DNA of 64,000 bases from an uncultured Lentisphaerales bacterium (GTDB taxonomy: Bacteria > Verrucomicrobiota > Lentisphaeria > JABSQK01 > UBA12247): the NCBI GenBank assembly GCA_943788985.1, contig CALSSJ010000022.1, positions 32,001 to 96,000 of the forward strand, given 5' to 3'. Under the pieces are notes generated by a model. It was not told the DNA's origin and did no database searches. It saw nothing but the letters and a program-made list of their open reading frames with translations. Below, in pieces: positions 40,643 to 50,414 of this stretch. Position 1 is the stretch's first letter. The number at the start of each line of letters is the position of its first letter. The position numbers and the translations under genes were made by a program.

Positions 40643-41446
40643 CTACGGCCAGCGCGCGTTGAAGGCCCGATGGCTGGCTTTGTCCTGATGAGGATCGTCT
40701 TCGCTGTCTAGATCCGCGGGCAGATAGCCGGAACAGATGCGGGTGACCGAAATGGTGGTCGACTCGGCGTTGATGTCGTAGTGGACGCGCCATGTGCGAA
40801 AGGCGATGACGTAGTGGGGCGGAGTGGGAGATTCGGTGATGCGCTTGCGGCGGCGATCCGTGGGATCTTCGCTGAGCTGCACATGCAAGAAGTGGCGAAG
40901 GTCATGGCTGGTGTGTTGGTGGATCCATTCGAGCTGTTGGTCGGCGAGTTCGCCGTAGGTCAGGGCGTAGCGCGGGGCGATGCAGGTGTCTACCCAGCCT
41001 GCGGCTGCGTCGGGAAAGGCGTCGGCATACGGGAGGTAGGGCTTGAGGTCGAGCACGGGGGTGCGATCAAGCAGGTCGTGCTCGGAAATCTGCAGCTGGA
41101 GGCCGTCTACGGACTGCAGGCGAACGCAGCTCATTCCGATGCGGTTGGGCCGATGGGGGGAGCGGGTGGCAAAGTAGCCGACCTTGGCCATCTCCTGTCG
41201 AGGTGGCTGGACAAAGGGCTGCCAGGAGGCGTTCAGATGGAATTCATACACGACCCAGATGCGCTCAAACCCGTCCAGTCCAGTGAGTGCGTCGCGGACA
41301 CCGGGGCCGTCAAAGAGCTCTATGGTGGCGGTGTTGCCAGCGGCTAGGATGGCCTGGCGGGGGGCTTCGTAGCGATACTGCGCGTTGCAACGAACCAGGC
41401 CGATCGCCGCCATCGGGCGAATCGTCCGGTCGGTGTCGTCTCTCAT
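40643..41446 (-). CDS. trmO: tRNA m6t6A37 methyltransferase TrmO (TsaA)
   Basis: L.GLDGFERIWVVY.FH, FATRSPHRPNRIGMS, DLLD.TPVLDLKPY. Confidence 0.92.
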   Translation of the reverse strand: MRDDTDRTIRPMAAIGLVRCNAQYRYEAPRQAILAAGNTATIELFDGPGVRDALTGLDGFERIWVVYEFHLNASWQPFVQPPRQEMAKVGYFATRSPHRPNRIGMSCVRLQSVDGLQLQISEHDLLDRTPVLDLKPYLPYADAFPDAAAGWVDTCIAPRYALTYGELADQQLEWIHQHTSHDLRHFLHVQLSEDPTDRRRKRITESPTPPHYVIAFRTWRVHYDINAESTTISVTRICSGYLPADLDSEDDPHQDKASHRAFNARWP

Positions 41447-42024
41447 TGCAGAAGCAGGCGAAGGTCGTGGGCCACGTCCTCGGGTTTTGCGCCGAAGCCA
41501 TGATGGACGCGATAGGCACCGGTGCTGTCGAGCAGGAAGATGGACCCGGAGTGATTGTACTCGTAGCTCTCACCGTTTTGATCGACTTTCTCTACGCCGA
41601 CGCCGAGTTGCTTCAGCAGTGCATCTCCTTCGGGCCCATAGCGCAAGCCGAGGATTTTGTTGGAGATCTGGTTCAGGCGGTCTGCGAGGGCTTCTGGCGT
41701 GTCGCGCTCCGGGTCAATGGTGATGAAGCCAAAGCGAACGCGCTCGACGTTCTCTCCGAGTTGGGCGTCGGTTCCGGTAAATGTGGCGAGCACAGATGGG
41801 CACATGGTGCTGCAGGTGGCATAGCCAAAGGCGAGCATGGTGGCTTTGCCTGGGGCCGCAATCGGGAAAGGATTGCCCGCATGATCGGTGAAGGATTGCG
41901 CAGGGAGCGGGTCCGGCGGGTCGATCGCGGTGCCCTTGAAGGTAGCCTGGCGAGGCGGCGTACAGCTGGCGAGGGCGAAGATCGCAGCCACGGCGAGGAG
42001 GCTGTTCAGCGCATTAGCTGTCAT
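41443..42024 (-). CDS. SCO1/SenC family lipoprotein
   Basis: LASC lipobox; FGYATCSTMCP (CxxxC), ITIDPERDTPE, HS..IFLLD. Confidence 0.92.
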   Translation of the reverse strand: MTANALNSLLAVAAIFALASCTPPRQATFKGTAIDPPDPLPAQSFTDHAGNPFPIAAPGKATMLAFGYATCSTMCPSVLATFTGTDAQLGENVERVRFGFITIDPERDTPEALADRLNQISNKILGLRYGPEGDALLKQLGVGVEKVDQNGESYEYNHSGSIFLLDSTGAYRVHHGFGAKPEDVAHDLRLLLQ

Positions 42025-42985
42025 CGTTCTCTTGCCGTTGAATGTGGGCACGAAGCAGGCGCGATTCGGCCTGCGCCTTATAAATCTCCCGGCGCAAAGA
42101 GCCCATCTGCAGGGCGATGAAGCCAAAGGACAGGATCTGGATGCCGGAAACTGTTAGCAGCACGATGAGCGTCATCAACGGGCGGCCAGCTTCGAGCGTC
42201 GCGAAGAACTTGAGATAGGTGGCGTAGGCACCGCCCAGCATGCCCGCGAGTAGCAGCCCAAAACCGAGGGTGCCAAAGACGAGAATGGGGCGCTCGGTGA
42301 AGGAGTAGAGTAGGTGCGAGATGGCGGTACCCTTGAAGCGAAACTTGGATTTGCCCATCTTACGGGCGCGCAGGGTGCTGGGCACTTCCTTGAGGCGAAA
42401 GCCGGAACCGAGTGCACGGGAGAGGATCTCAAGGTGCAGCTCTTTGCCGTCGGATTCAAGGCACATGGCATCCAATACTTCGCGGCGATAGGCGCGGAAG
42501 ACACAGGTGAAGGTGTGGATTTCACTGTTGACCGTAGCTTGGAGCACGCGGTTGCCAAGCTTGCTGATGAATAGGCGGAACGGGTCCACGCCCTCTGTAT
42601 TTCCACCGGGCATGTAGGGCGAGCCAAGGACGAAATCTACTTGGGGGTCTTCGTAGAGGGCGTCAAGCAGGTCCAGGATATACTCAGCCCGATAGCTAAG
42701 ATCGGCGTCGGTCGAGACGACAAACTTACCGCTGGCAGCTGCGAATCCCGTGCGCAGCGCGCGTCCGCGGCCCACATTGTTGGGATAGCCAGCCGGTGTA
42801 ATGCGTGAGTCCTCTTTGGCGATCTGCTGCAACACTTCCCAAGTGTCATCGGTGCTGCCATCGTTGACAACGACTAGCTCCCAGCGCTCGCTACGGTCTT
42901 TGAAGGCTTCCTCGATCTTCTCGATCGTGTTGCGAATGTTCTCGGATTCGTTGTAGGCTGGGACAATGATGCTGACATCGATCAT
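42014..42985 (-). CDS. Polyprenol-phosphate glycosyltransferase (GT2, DPM/ArnC-like)
   Basis: VPAYNE, VNDGSTDDT, GRGRALR.GF, DADL, R..GKSK; two C-terminal TM helices. Confidence 0.9.
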   Translation of the reverse strand: MIDVSIIVPAYNESENIRNTIEKIEEAFKDRSERWELVVVNDGSTDDTWEVLQQIAKEDSRITPAGYPNNVGRGRALRTGFAAASGKFVVSTDADLSYRAEYILDLLDALYEDPQVDFVLGSPYMPGGNTEGVDPFRLFISKLGNRVLQATVNSEIHTFTCVFRAYRREVLDAMCLESDGKELHLEILSRALGSGFRLKEVPSTLRARKMGKSKFRFKGTAISHLLYSFTERPILVFGTLGFGLLLAGMLGGAYATYLKFFATLEAGRPLMTLIVLLTVSGIQILSFGFIALQMGSLRREIYKAQAESRLLRAHIQRQENDDS

Positions 42986-42993
42986 GATCGGAA

Positions 42994-44106
42994 TTACTCC
43001 GCGGGAGCTGCGGGCTTGTCGGGCACGGGGGCAGTGTCTTGAGCTGCAGGAACCGGTGGATTGGCTGTAGTGGCAACGGACACAAGCTCAATCTCCCAGA
43101 TCTGCACGTGCTCGGGGTGAAGGCCTTGGGGCTTGGGCTCGCCAGCCAGCTCATACGGCAACAGGACGCGGCAGTGGCCGCCGGGCTTCATGGCACTCAA
43201 GACGGCTTCTGTCCAAGGCGCGACCTTTCCCGCGCCGAGCGGAACGGCAAGGAGGGCTTTATCGCCGAGCTTCTTCTCCCGCTCGTGTGAGTTGTCGATG
43301 ACGACTTCGCCGATCTGGATCTTGTAGTGAATCTTGGCGGTCTGGCCGGAAGTCGGTGCGGAACCCTTACCTTCCTGAAGAGTTTCGACGAAATGGCCAC
43401 CCGGCTGCTTGACGGCGTTTGGCCACTGGCTGGTGATCTTGACTTGGACCCGCCCCTTGCGCGCCATAATAAAGGCAGCCTTGGCTTGTTGGAAGGTGGA
43501 TTCAGTGGGGCGAAAGGCCTCTGCCTCAGCGCCCTTGCGGAAGATGACGACGCGTTCGAGCTGGTCGCCAAGCTGGATAGTCGGCAGGATTTCCAGCCCG
43601 CGAATGACTTTGCCAAAGGCGGCGTTTGAGCGATTCAGTCCAGGTTGAGCCTGGAGCATGATCATGAATTGGCTGCTGTTGGTGTCTGCCTCCATGGCGT
43701 TTGCCATGCTGAGTACGCCGGGGGCATCATGCTGGAGGTCGGGATGCAACTCATCGGGAAAATGGTCGCCGGTCGAGCCGGTACCAGTTCCGAGCGGATC
43801 TCCTGTCTGGACGACAAAGCCGGGCTTTACCTGGTGGAAAATCAGGCCGTCGTAGAAGGGAACCCCGGGGGGGACGATTTGTAGTTCCCGCGTGCCTTCG
43901 GCCAAGGCTACGAAATGGGTGACGGTGAGCGGAGCGCGCTTGACGTGCAGCTGCGCCAACATGCTGCCGCGGCTGGTGATGAGCTCAGCGAAGACGCCAT
44001 CTTCTGGCAGGTCTGCCTGGGTGAAAATGGGCTCCGGGGGCTTGCCGCAGCCAACGGTGAAAAAGAGAACGATCGCACAGAAGACGCTGTAATGTATAGC
44101 TCGCAT
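42994..44106 (-). CDS. Cyclophilin plus FKBP dual-domain lipoprotein (degenerate active sites)
   Basis: TVGC lipobox; APLTV..FV.LAEG, FYDGLIFHQV..GFVVQTGDP.GTG, GVLSMAN, NSSQF; C-terminal EGKG..P..G....IHY...M.PG.....LP..LA. Confidence 0.88.
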   Translation of the reverse strand: MRAIHYSVFCAIVLFFTVGCGKPPEPIFTQADLPEDGVFAELITSRGSMLAQLHVKRAPLTVTHFVALAEGTRELQIVPPGVPFYDGLIFHQVKPGFVVQTGDPLGTGTGSTGDHFPDELHPDLQHDAPGVLSMANAMEADTNSSQFMIMLQAQPGLNRSNAAFGKVIRGLEILPTIQLGDQLERVVIFRKGAEAEAFRPTESTFQQAKAAFIMARKGRVQVKITSQWPNAVKQPGGHFVETLQEGKGSAPTSGQTAKIHYKIQIGEVVIDNSHEREKKLGDKALLAVPLGAGKVAPWTEAVLSAMKPGGHCRVLLPYELAGEPKPQGLHPEHVQIWEIELVSVATTANPPVPAAQDTAPVPDKPAAPAE

Positions 44107-44347
44107 GGGGGCCCTGAGCAGGTGACTAGATAAACGCGGAAGGTAGCTGCTGACGCGCCAAACTCAACGAAACTGAGGGTAGGCTAGTGTGGTGCATCAC
44201 AAGTTCGTCGGAAAAGTGCGAGGGCCCTTCGGCGCTCCACCGCACTGGCGACACCTCGCCGATGACCCAGCATCGACTCGTATCACCAGCGCACCGGAGC
44301 ACCCAAAGTCCGTCTCGCATTGACCTGCGAATTCATGATTCACCACA

Positions 44348-47300
44348 CTAGGGATTGGTTCGGTGAATGGGATGCGCCAAATCCTGGATGAGGCCGGTGA
44401 GTTCAGCGAGCATGGCTGGCGGGCGGCGTGATGTCAGGCGCAGGAGGCCGCCGGTCTCGGTGCGGATCTGATGGCCGTCCATGGTGCGGATGCGGACGAC
44501 GAACTTACGCACTTGGATGTTTGCGAACTTCGCATTCCCCGTGTGAATGCGGAGTTCGCGAAGCTGAAGGGCCGCCTCAGTCTCGTCAGGCATCCGGCCA
44601 AAGCGGTCGCGCAGCTCGTCGCGGAAGGCGTGCAGATGCGGGAGCAGCTTGATATTGCTTAGGCGGCGATAGGTTTCGATGCGCAGAGGCTGCTCGGCGA
44701 TGTAGGTCTTGCTGATGCCAGCCTTGAGCTTGCCGGGCTTTGGACTGATCGAGAAGCTGACGAAGTCAAGATCCAGCTCGGGTTCTGCGAACTCCGCAAC
44801 TTTCTGGCCGCGCATGCGGGCGACGGCGACTTTCATCAGCTGGCAATACATTTCGAAGCCGATGGCTGTGATGTGGCCGCTTTGCTCGGAGCCCAGAATG
44901 TTTCCGGAGCCTCGGATTTCGAGGTCGCGCATGGCCAGCTTGAAGCCAGCACCGAGCTGGGTGTACTTGCGGATGGCGGAGAGGCGCTCGCGCGCGGTTT
45001 CATGCAGGACGACGGTGGTGGGTAGCAATAGATAGGAATAGGCCTGGCGATGAAAGCGGCCAACGCGGCCGCGCAGCTGGTAGAGCTCGGCGAGGCCAAA
45101 GCGGTCTGCGCGGTCGATGATGATGGTGTTGGCATTGGGGATGTCTAGACCGGATTCGATGATGGTGGTCGAGACCAGAACGTCGATTTCCTGCTCGACA
45201 AACCCCTTCATGGTGGCTTCGAGCTCGCGCTCGTGCATCTGGCCGTGGCCGATGGCGAAACGGGCTTCGGGGACGAGCTTGCGGAGTTTTAGGGCCACGC
45301 TTTCGATGGTCTTGACGCGGTTATGGAGGAAGTAGACTTGGCCACCGCGTTGAATCTCGTGCATAATTGCGCGGCGAATGATGTCATCGTCGTAGCGGGC
45401 GACGCGGGTTTCGACCGGGCGTCGCTCGAGGGGGGCGGTCATGATGGTGCTCATGTCGCGCAGGCCAGCCATGGACAGGTAAAGGGTCCGGGGGATGGGG
45501 GTGGCGGTCATGGTCAGGACGTCGACATTGGCGCGCATTTGCTTGAGGCGCTCTTTGTGCTTCACGCCGAAGCGCTGCTCTTCGTCAATGATGATGAGGC
45601 CGAGGTCTTTGAAGGCCATGTCAGGCTGGACTAAACGGTGCGTACCGATGAGGATGTCCACGCGCCCGGACACGGCTGCCTCGACGATGTCGCGCTGCTC
45701 ACGTTTGGTGCGGAAGCGTGAAAGGGCTTCGATCAGAATTGGAAACTGTTTGAATCTCTCTTGGAAGCTGGAGAAGTGCTGTTGAGCCAGGACAGTGGTC
45801 GGGACCAAAACGCAGACTTGCTTGCCGGCTAGGACTGCTTTGCAGGCTGCGCGCATAGCGACTTCGGTCTTGCCGTAGCCGACGTCACCGCAGATGAGTC
45901 GATCCATGGGGTGGGCGCGATCCATGTCTACGTAGACGTCGGCAACGGCGCGGAGTTGATCCATGGTGGGCTCATAGGGGAATGCTTCCTCGAAATCGCG
46001 GAGCAATGGATCGTCGGTTTCGAACGAAAAGCCGGGCGTAGCGTCGCGCGTGGCCTGAATGCGAATCAACTCAGCCGCAAAGTCGCTGACGGCATCTTCG
46101 GCTGCACTTCTCGCGTTCTTCCAGTAGGCGCCCCCGACACGACTGAGCTTGGGCTGAGTCTTGCCGTGGCCGACGTAGTGGCTGACCAGATATGCCTGAT
46201 CGAGAGGCACGTAGATGATGACATCGTCGTGGAACTCGAGGACCATGACCTCCAGCTGCTCGCCCCCGAGGCTTTCGTTCTTGATCCCGGCAAAGCGGCA
46301 GACACCGTGCATGGCGTGCACTGCGATCTCGCCTTTTACGAGTTCGGCACCCGAGTGCAGGCTGTGGTCTACGTGGTAGTGCTGTTTGCGTCGTCTCACC
46401 CGCGTCGTGGCGCGGCCGAACATTTCGGCGTCGGAGAGGATTGCGATCCTCCCCTCGGGGTAAATTACGCCGGATGGAAGCCGCACGGGCACGTACTCGA
46501 CCAGGTCAGCCAGCCCCTTTTCTTGGAGGCCACTGATATCAAGAAACCGCTGAAACTTGCTGACCTGGTCGGTGCAGGCAATCAGCTGGTAGTTCTGATC
46601 TAGCCAGGAATCGAGTTGCCGCTCGAGGTGCTGGCGGTGTAGGATTGCGGTGCTTTCCTCGAGCTCCGGGAGCATCGCGCCGAATTGCGCAGCGAGGCCG
46701 AAGAAGGGGAAGCGTTCGAGGCGTGAGACCTGCTCGGGGCAGCAGTCGCCGGGGGCTTGCAGATAGAGCCACTGATTGTCGGAACGGGCGATGCGTGCCC
46801 AAGTCTCATTCTGCTCCGGTGTCGCAAACTGCTTTAGGTGGCGCTCGACTTCGGCGGGCTCCATGACGACAAAGATCGCAGGACGATTGGCGAAGTAGTC
46901 AAGAAAGCAGACCTCATCGTCCTCAAGGAGGGTGCTCTCGCCGCGAGCGATCAGTTCGCACGCATCAAGCTTGTCTTGAGACCGCTGGGTCGCCGGGTCA
47001 AAGTGGCAGATGGTTTCCAGTTCATCCCCAAAATAGTCGAAGCGCATGGGGGACGTGTGGTTGGGTGAGTAGACATCCAAAATGCCGCCACGCCACGAAA
47101 ATTCGCCCGGTACGCGGACTTCGGCCTCGTTATCATAGTCTAGATCCACGAGTGCTGCAGCAAGTTTCTGTGGAGGCCAGTCCGTGGTTCCCGTCTGAAT
47201 CTCAATGCGCCTGTCGTGGAAAGCCCCGGGCCGCGGTGTCGCTACGATCGCGCCCATGGCTGAGGTGAAGAACAGGCCTTGGGTCTCTGTGGCAAGATGC

Positions 47301-47602
47301 AGAGTGCGGGCGCGCTCCGACTCGTTCTCCGGCATGAGGTGTCTGCGGGCAGTTTCGACCTCAGGGAGGATGTGAAAGTCTGCGCTGAGTTCCAATAATT
47401 CGAGGAGGGACTTGGTGTCGACCGCGAGGGCTTCGGCGTCGTTAAGAGTAGGGGCGACGACGACGAGCGTAGATGAACAACGCAGGTTTGTGGCGAGCGC
47501 CAGTGGGTAGCACGCGGGATCTGATTCACAGAGAAATCGATCCGTATTTCCGATGCCGCAGCGCTCGAGTCGCTCGGTGAATTGTGTGCGCCAATTACTC
47601 AT
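44348..47602 (-). CDS. mfd: Transcription-repair coupling factor
   Basis: MDRLICGDVGYGKTEVA, IIDEEQRFGV, TATPIPRTL, QLRGRVGR, DLEIRG.GNILG.EQSG. Confidence 0.97.
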   Translation of the reverse strand: MSNWRTQFTERLERCGIGNTDRFLCESDPACYPLALATNLRCSSTLVVVAPTLNDAEALAVDTKSLLELLELSADFHILPEVETARRHLMPENESERARTLHLATETQGLFFTSAMGAIVATPRPGAFHDRRIEIQTGTTDWPPQKLAAALVDLDYDNEAEVRVPGEFSWRGGILDVYSPNHTSPMRFDYFGDELETICHFDPATQRSQDKLDACELIARGESTLLEDDEVCFLDYFANRPAIFVVMEPAEVERHLKQFATPEQNETWARIARSDNQWLYLQAPGDCCPEQVSRLERFPFFGLAAQFGAMLPELEESTAILHRQHLERQLDSWLDQNYQLIACTDQVSKFQRFLDISGLQEKGLADLVEYVPVRLPSGVIYPEGRIAILSDAEMFGRATTRVRRRKQHYHVDHSLHSGAELVKGEIAVHAMHGVCRFAGIKNESLGGEQLEVMVLEFHDDVIIYVPLDQAYLVSHYVGHGKTQPKLSRVGGAYWKNARSAAEDAVSDFAAELIRIQATRDATPGFSFETDDPLLRDFEEAFPYEPTMDQLRAVADVYVDMDRAHPMDRLICGDVGYGKTEVAMRAACKAVLAGKQVCVLVPTTVLAQQHFSSFQERFKQFPILIEALSRFRTKREQRDIVEAAVSGRVDILIGTHRLVQPDMAFKDLGLIIIDEEQRFGVKHKERLKQMRANVDVLTMTATPIPRTLYLSMAGLRDMSTIMTAPLERRPVETRVARYDDDIIRRAIMHEIQRGGQVYFLHNRVKTIESVALKLRKLVPEARFAIGHGQMHERELEATMKGFVEQEIDVLVSTTIIESGLDIPNANTIIIDRADRFGLAELYQLRGRVGRFHRQAYSYLLLPTTVVLHETARERLSAIRKYTQLGAGFKLAMRDLEIRGSGNILGSEQSGHITAIGFEMYCQLMKVAVARMRGQKVAEFAEPELDLDFVSFSISPKPGKLKAGISKTYIAEQPLRIETYRRLSNIKLLPHLHAFRDELRDRFGRMPDETEAALQLRELRIHTGNAKFANIQVRKFVVRIRTMDGHQIRTETGGLLRLTSRRPPAMLAELTGLIQDLAHPIHRTNP

Positions 47603-47776
47603 TTGCCAAAAAATATGTTGTAGCGTGTGATAAAACCGTTAAATTAATGAATTTGACCTTCGGCCTGAGAGCACGCGACTTGTGTTATTTTAGCTTTGCT
47701 GACGGTTAAGATATTTAATGCCCTGAGCCGGAGACGTCGCGGGGCTTCTATACTAGTCCCACTAATTTTCTAGCAG

Positions 47777-48655
47777 GTGATGCCAGTGTCTGGTAAAACC
47801 GATACAATGAAGGCCTACATGCAGGAGATCGGTCAGATTCCTCTTGTAAGTCGTGAAGAAGAAGTAGATCTGGCCGCGCAGATTGCAGCAGGTAATGCTG
47901 AAGCGCGCCAGAAATTGATCCAGAGTAACTTGCGACTTGTCGTGAAGATTGCGCATGATTTCAAGGGTCTTGGCCTGCCGTTGGTGGACTTGATCTCTGA
48001 GGGCAATATCGGCCTGATGAAGGCGGTCGAGAAGTTTAACCCGCTGAAAGGCGCGAAGTTTAGTAGCTACGCAGCCTGGTGGATTAAGCAGTCAATGCGG
48101 CGTGCGCTCTCCAACCAGAGCCGTACTATTCGTATTCCGGTGCAGTCTGCTGGTAAGATCAACAAGATCAAAGCCACGCGAATCAAGTTGACAGAAGATC
48201 TCGGGCGTGAACCGACCGACACTGAGATTGCCAACCATCTGGATTTCAGCGAGCGGACAGTGACTGCACTGCGTCTGGCTGAGTTACGGACGTTCTCGCT
48301 GCAGGATCCGATCCAGCAGGGTGAGGATAGCGTATTTCAGGACATCATTCCTGATGCTGGTGCGTCTACCCCAGACGAGATGCTGTGTGATCTTGAGATG
48401 CTGCGCCGTCTGAAGGGCTTGATCGACAAGCTTGATGATCGCGAGAAGCTGATCCTGATTCTGCGCTTTGGCTTGGACGGAGCCCGCCCGAAGACGTTAG
48501 AAGAGGTTAGCCGGATCATCGGCCGGACCCGTGAGCGTGTTCGGCAGATCCAAAACCAGGCTCTAAAGAAACTGCGCAAGCTCATCGACGAAGAACGTGC
48601 CGCGCGGAAGGCTGAGCAGTCTGACGACGAAGACGAGGAAATGGCCTCGTCCTGA
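47777..48655 (+). CDS. RNA polymerase sigma-70 factor, RpoD/RpoS family, without region 1.1
   Basis: YMQEIG..PL, NLRLVV, DLISEGNIGLMKAVEKF, FSSYA.WWIKQ, TLEEV....RTRERVRQIQ. Confidence 0.93.
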   Translation: MMPVSGKTDTMKAYMQEIGQIPLVSREEEVDLAAQIAAGNAEARQKLIQSNLRLVVKIAHDFKGLGLPLVDLISEGNIGLMKAVEKFNPLKGAKFSSYAAWWIKQSMRRALSNQSRTIRIPVQSAGKINKIKATRIKLTEDLGREPTDTEIANHLDFSERTVTALRLAELRTFSLQDPIQQGEDSVFQDIIPDAGASTPDEMLCDLEMLRRLKGLIDKLDDREKLILILRFGLDGARPKTLEEVSRIIGRTRERVRQIQNQALKKLRKLIDEERAARKAEQSDDEDEEMASS

Positions 48656-48717
48656 ACGCGCAGTTCGTTACTTTATTCGCTTTACAATTGAATTGATCCC
48701 TGCATTGAGGAGTTTAC

Positions 48718-48879
48718 ATGTCCGAGATTCGTATCAAAAAGGGTGAGCCAATCGACAAGGCTCTCCGCCGTCTTAAAAAGAAGATGGATAAAGAAGGCAC
48801 GCTGAAATCAATCCGTAATCGCCGTTATTACGAGAAGCCCAGTGAGGCGAAACGGCGGAAGATGAAGCGTCGTCGTTAA
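48718..48879 (+). CDS. rpsU: 30S ribosomal protein S21 (absent from the ORF track)
   Basis: MSEIRIKKGEPIDKALRRLKKKMDKEGTLKSIRNRRYYEKPSEAKRRKMKRRR; GAGGAG RBS. Confidence 0.95.
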   Translation: MSEIRIKKGEPIDKALRRLKKKMDKEGTLKSIRNRRYYEKPSEAKRRKMKRRR

Positions 48880-48921
48880 TCTCGGAAGGACTTCTGAGGA
48901 GTTAGTCTCCTCAGTTTATGT

Positions 48922-49008
48922 GCCGGAGTGGCGGAACTGGCAGACGCGCTAGACTCAAAATCTGGTTCTCGCAAGGGAGTGTGGGTTCGAATCCCACCTC
49001 CGGTACCA
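48922..49008 (+). tRNA. tRNA-Leu (CAA)
   Basis: GCCGGAG/CTCCGGT acceptor stem, CTAGA-CTCAAAA-TCTGG anticodon arm, long variable arm, GGTTCGAATCC, CCA. Confidence 0.96.
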
Positions 49009-49029
49009 TTGTGCCGTTCAGCACGACAG

Positions 49030-49066
49030 AAAGCCCGAAACGGTTGATCGTTTCGTGGCTTTTTTG
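49030..49066 (+). terminator. Intrinsic terminator after tRNA-Leu
   Basis: AAGCCCGAAACG-loop-CGTTTCGTGGCTTTTTT. Confidence 0.75.
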
Positions 49067-49084
49067 TAGTTAGGGAGTGTCCCC

Positions 49085-49429
49085 ATGGAAAGAATGATAC
49101 GCGTGAACGCGTTACTCAAGCGCGAACTGGGCGTCGTTTTCGAACGCCTGATTTGTTCTGAATTTGAGTGCCTGATCACGGTCACTGACGTGGAAACTTC
49201 TCCCGACCTGCACGAGGGGACCGTTTACGTGAGCGTGTACGGCTCCGAGCAGCAACAACAAGACGTGATGCGCTCGCTGCGCAAGCGCCGCGGCGAAATT
49301 CAGCGGCACGTGAGCAAATCTATTACGCTCAAGTATATGCCCGTGCTGAGGTTTAAGCTCGACGGGCAGGCCGCAAGGGCCGATAGCTTGATGCGAATTC
49401 TCCGGGAAATTGAGGGGGAAGATGGCTAG
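49085..49429 (+). CDS. rbfA: Ribosome-binding factor A
   Basis: RVN..L.REL, ITVTDVE.SPDL....VYVS, LKYMP.LRF..D. Confidence 0.92.
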   Translation: MERMIRVNALLKRELGVVFERLICSEFECLITVTDVETSPDLHEGTVYVSVYGSEQQQQDVMRSLRKRRGEIQRHVSKSITLKYMPVLRFKLDGQAARADSLMRILREIEGEDG

Positions 49430-50414
49430 CGCCGAGGCTCTTTCCTTTCAGCTATGGCTTGCGGAGCGGAAGAATATCCTGCTATTGACCCATGCCCGGC
49501 CGGACGGCGACGCGATTGGGTCCTTGCTTGGCGCGTTTTACGCGCTGCGAAATGTCTGCACGGTTCACCCGTTCAGCAATGACCGATTTCCTGCGCGCTA
49601 CCACGCCTATGCCCCGAAGGAATTGCAGATGGGCGGTAAGCTTGATCCGGCCGCGTACGACGGCGTTCTTTGCCTAGATTCCGCAACCGAGGAGCGTCTG
49701 TCGCTGCCGCAGGGGATGAAGCTCAGTCACTTTTCCGGCGCGCACTGCGTGCTCGACCATCACATCGATAACCCAGGGTACGCCGCGCTGTCGATTGTGG
49801 ACCCGACTGCAGCTGCAGCCGCGGAGTTATTGTACCGTCTGCTCAGTGAATGCGAGGTGGAGATCTGTGCGAACGCCGCAACGGCGATGTTGCTGGGAAT
49901 AGTGACCGACACTGGCGGCTTTCGCTTTGCGAATACGACTCCAACTACATTTCATACAGCGGCCGCCCTGCTTGCTGCTGGCGCGGATCATAATCGGGTG
50001 ATGAACAGCGTTTTTTTTAACGATCCACCGGGCTTAATGCGGCTGCGAGCCGCAGTGGTCGAGGGGATGAAGGTCGAACTGGACGGGCGCCTGGTCTACT
50101 TTGAAGTGACCGATGAACTACTGGCGCGGTTTGACGTGGACCCTCGCAACACAGAAGACCTGATTGAAGCCGTCCGCGTTGCCGCCGGTGCTGTCATCGT
50201 CTGTCGACTGTCGAAAGTGAATGATGGTGTGCGATTTTCATTGCGGTCGAAAGATCCGTCGGTGTCTATCATCGAGATCGCGCACGCAATAGGCGGCGGC
50301 GGGCATCGGCTTTCGGCTGGCGCCCACGCCAAAGATGTGACGATGGTGCAGGCAGTTGAACTGCTGCGCACTGAAGCAAAAAAGGTATTGAATGGACAAG
50401 AAGGTTCTCACTGA
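49422..50414 (+). CDS. nrnA: DHH/DHHA1 phosphoesterase NrnA
   Basis: TH.RPDGDAIGS, LDHH, TDTGGF, SLRS, GGGGH..SAG; lies between rbfA and truB. Confidence 0.88.
   Translation: MASAEALSFQLWLAERKNILLLTHARPDGDAIGSLLGAFYALRNVCTVHPFSNDRFPARYHAYAPKELQMGGKLDPAAYDGVLCLDSATEERLSLPQGMKLSHFSGAHCVLDHHIDNPGYAALSIVDPTAAAAAELLYRLLSECEVEICANAATAMLLGIVTDTGGFRFANTTPTTFHTAAALLAAGADHNRVMNSVFFNDPPGLMRLRAAVVEGMKVELDGRLVYFEVTDELLARFDVDPRNTEDLIEAVRVAAGAVIVCRLSKVNDGVRFSLRSKDPSVSIIEIAHAIGGGGHRLSAGAHAKDVTMVQAVELLRTEAKKVLNGQEGSH

Noticed and set aside
44107..44347. Structured RNA or riboswitch between mfd and the PPIase gene
   Set aside because: I could not identify a convincing stem pattern or known consensus by eye; an Infernal/Rfam scan would settle it.
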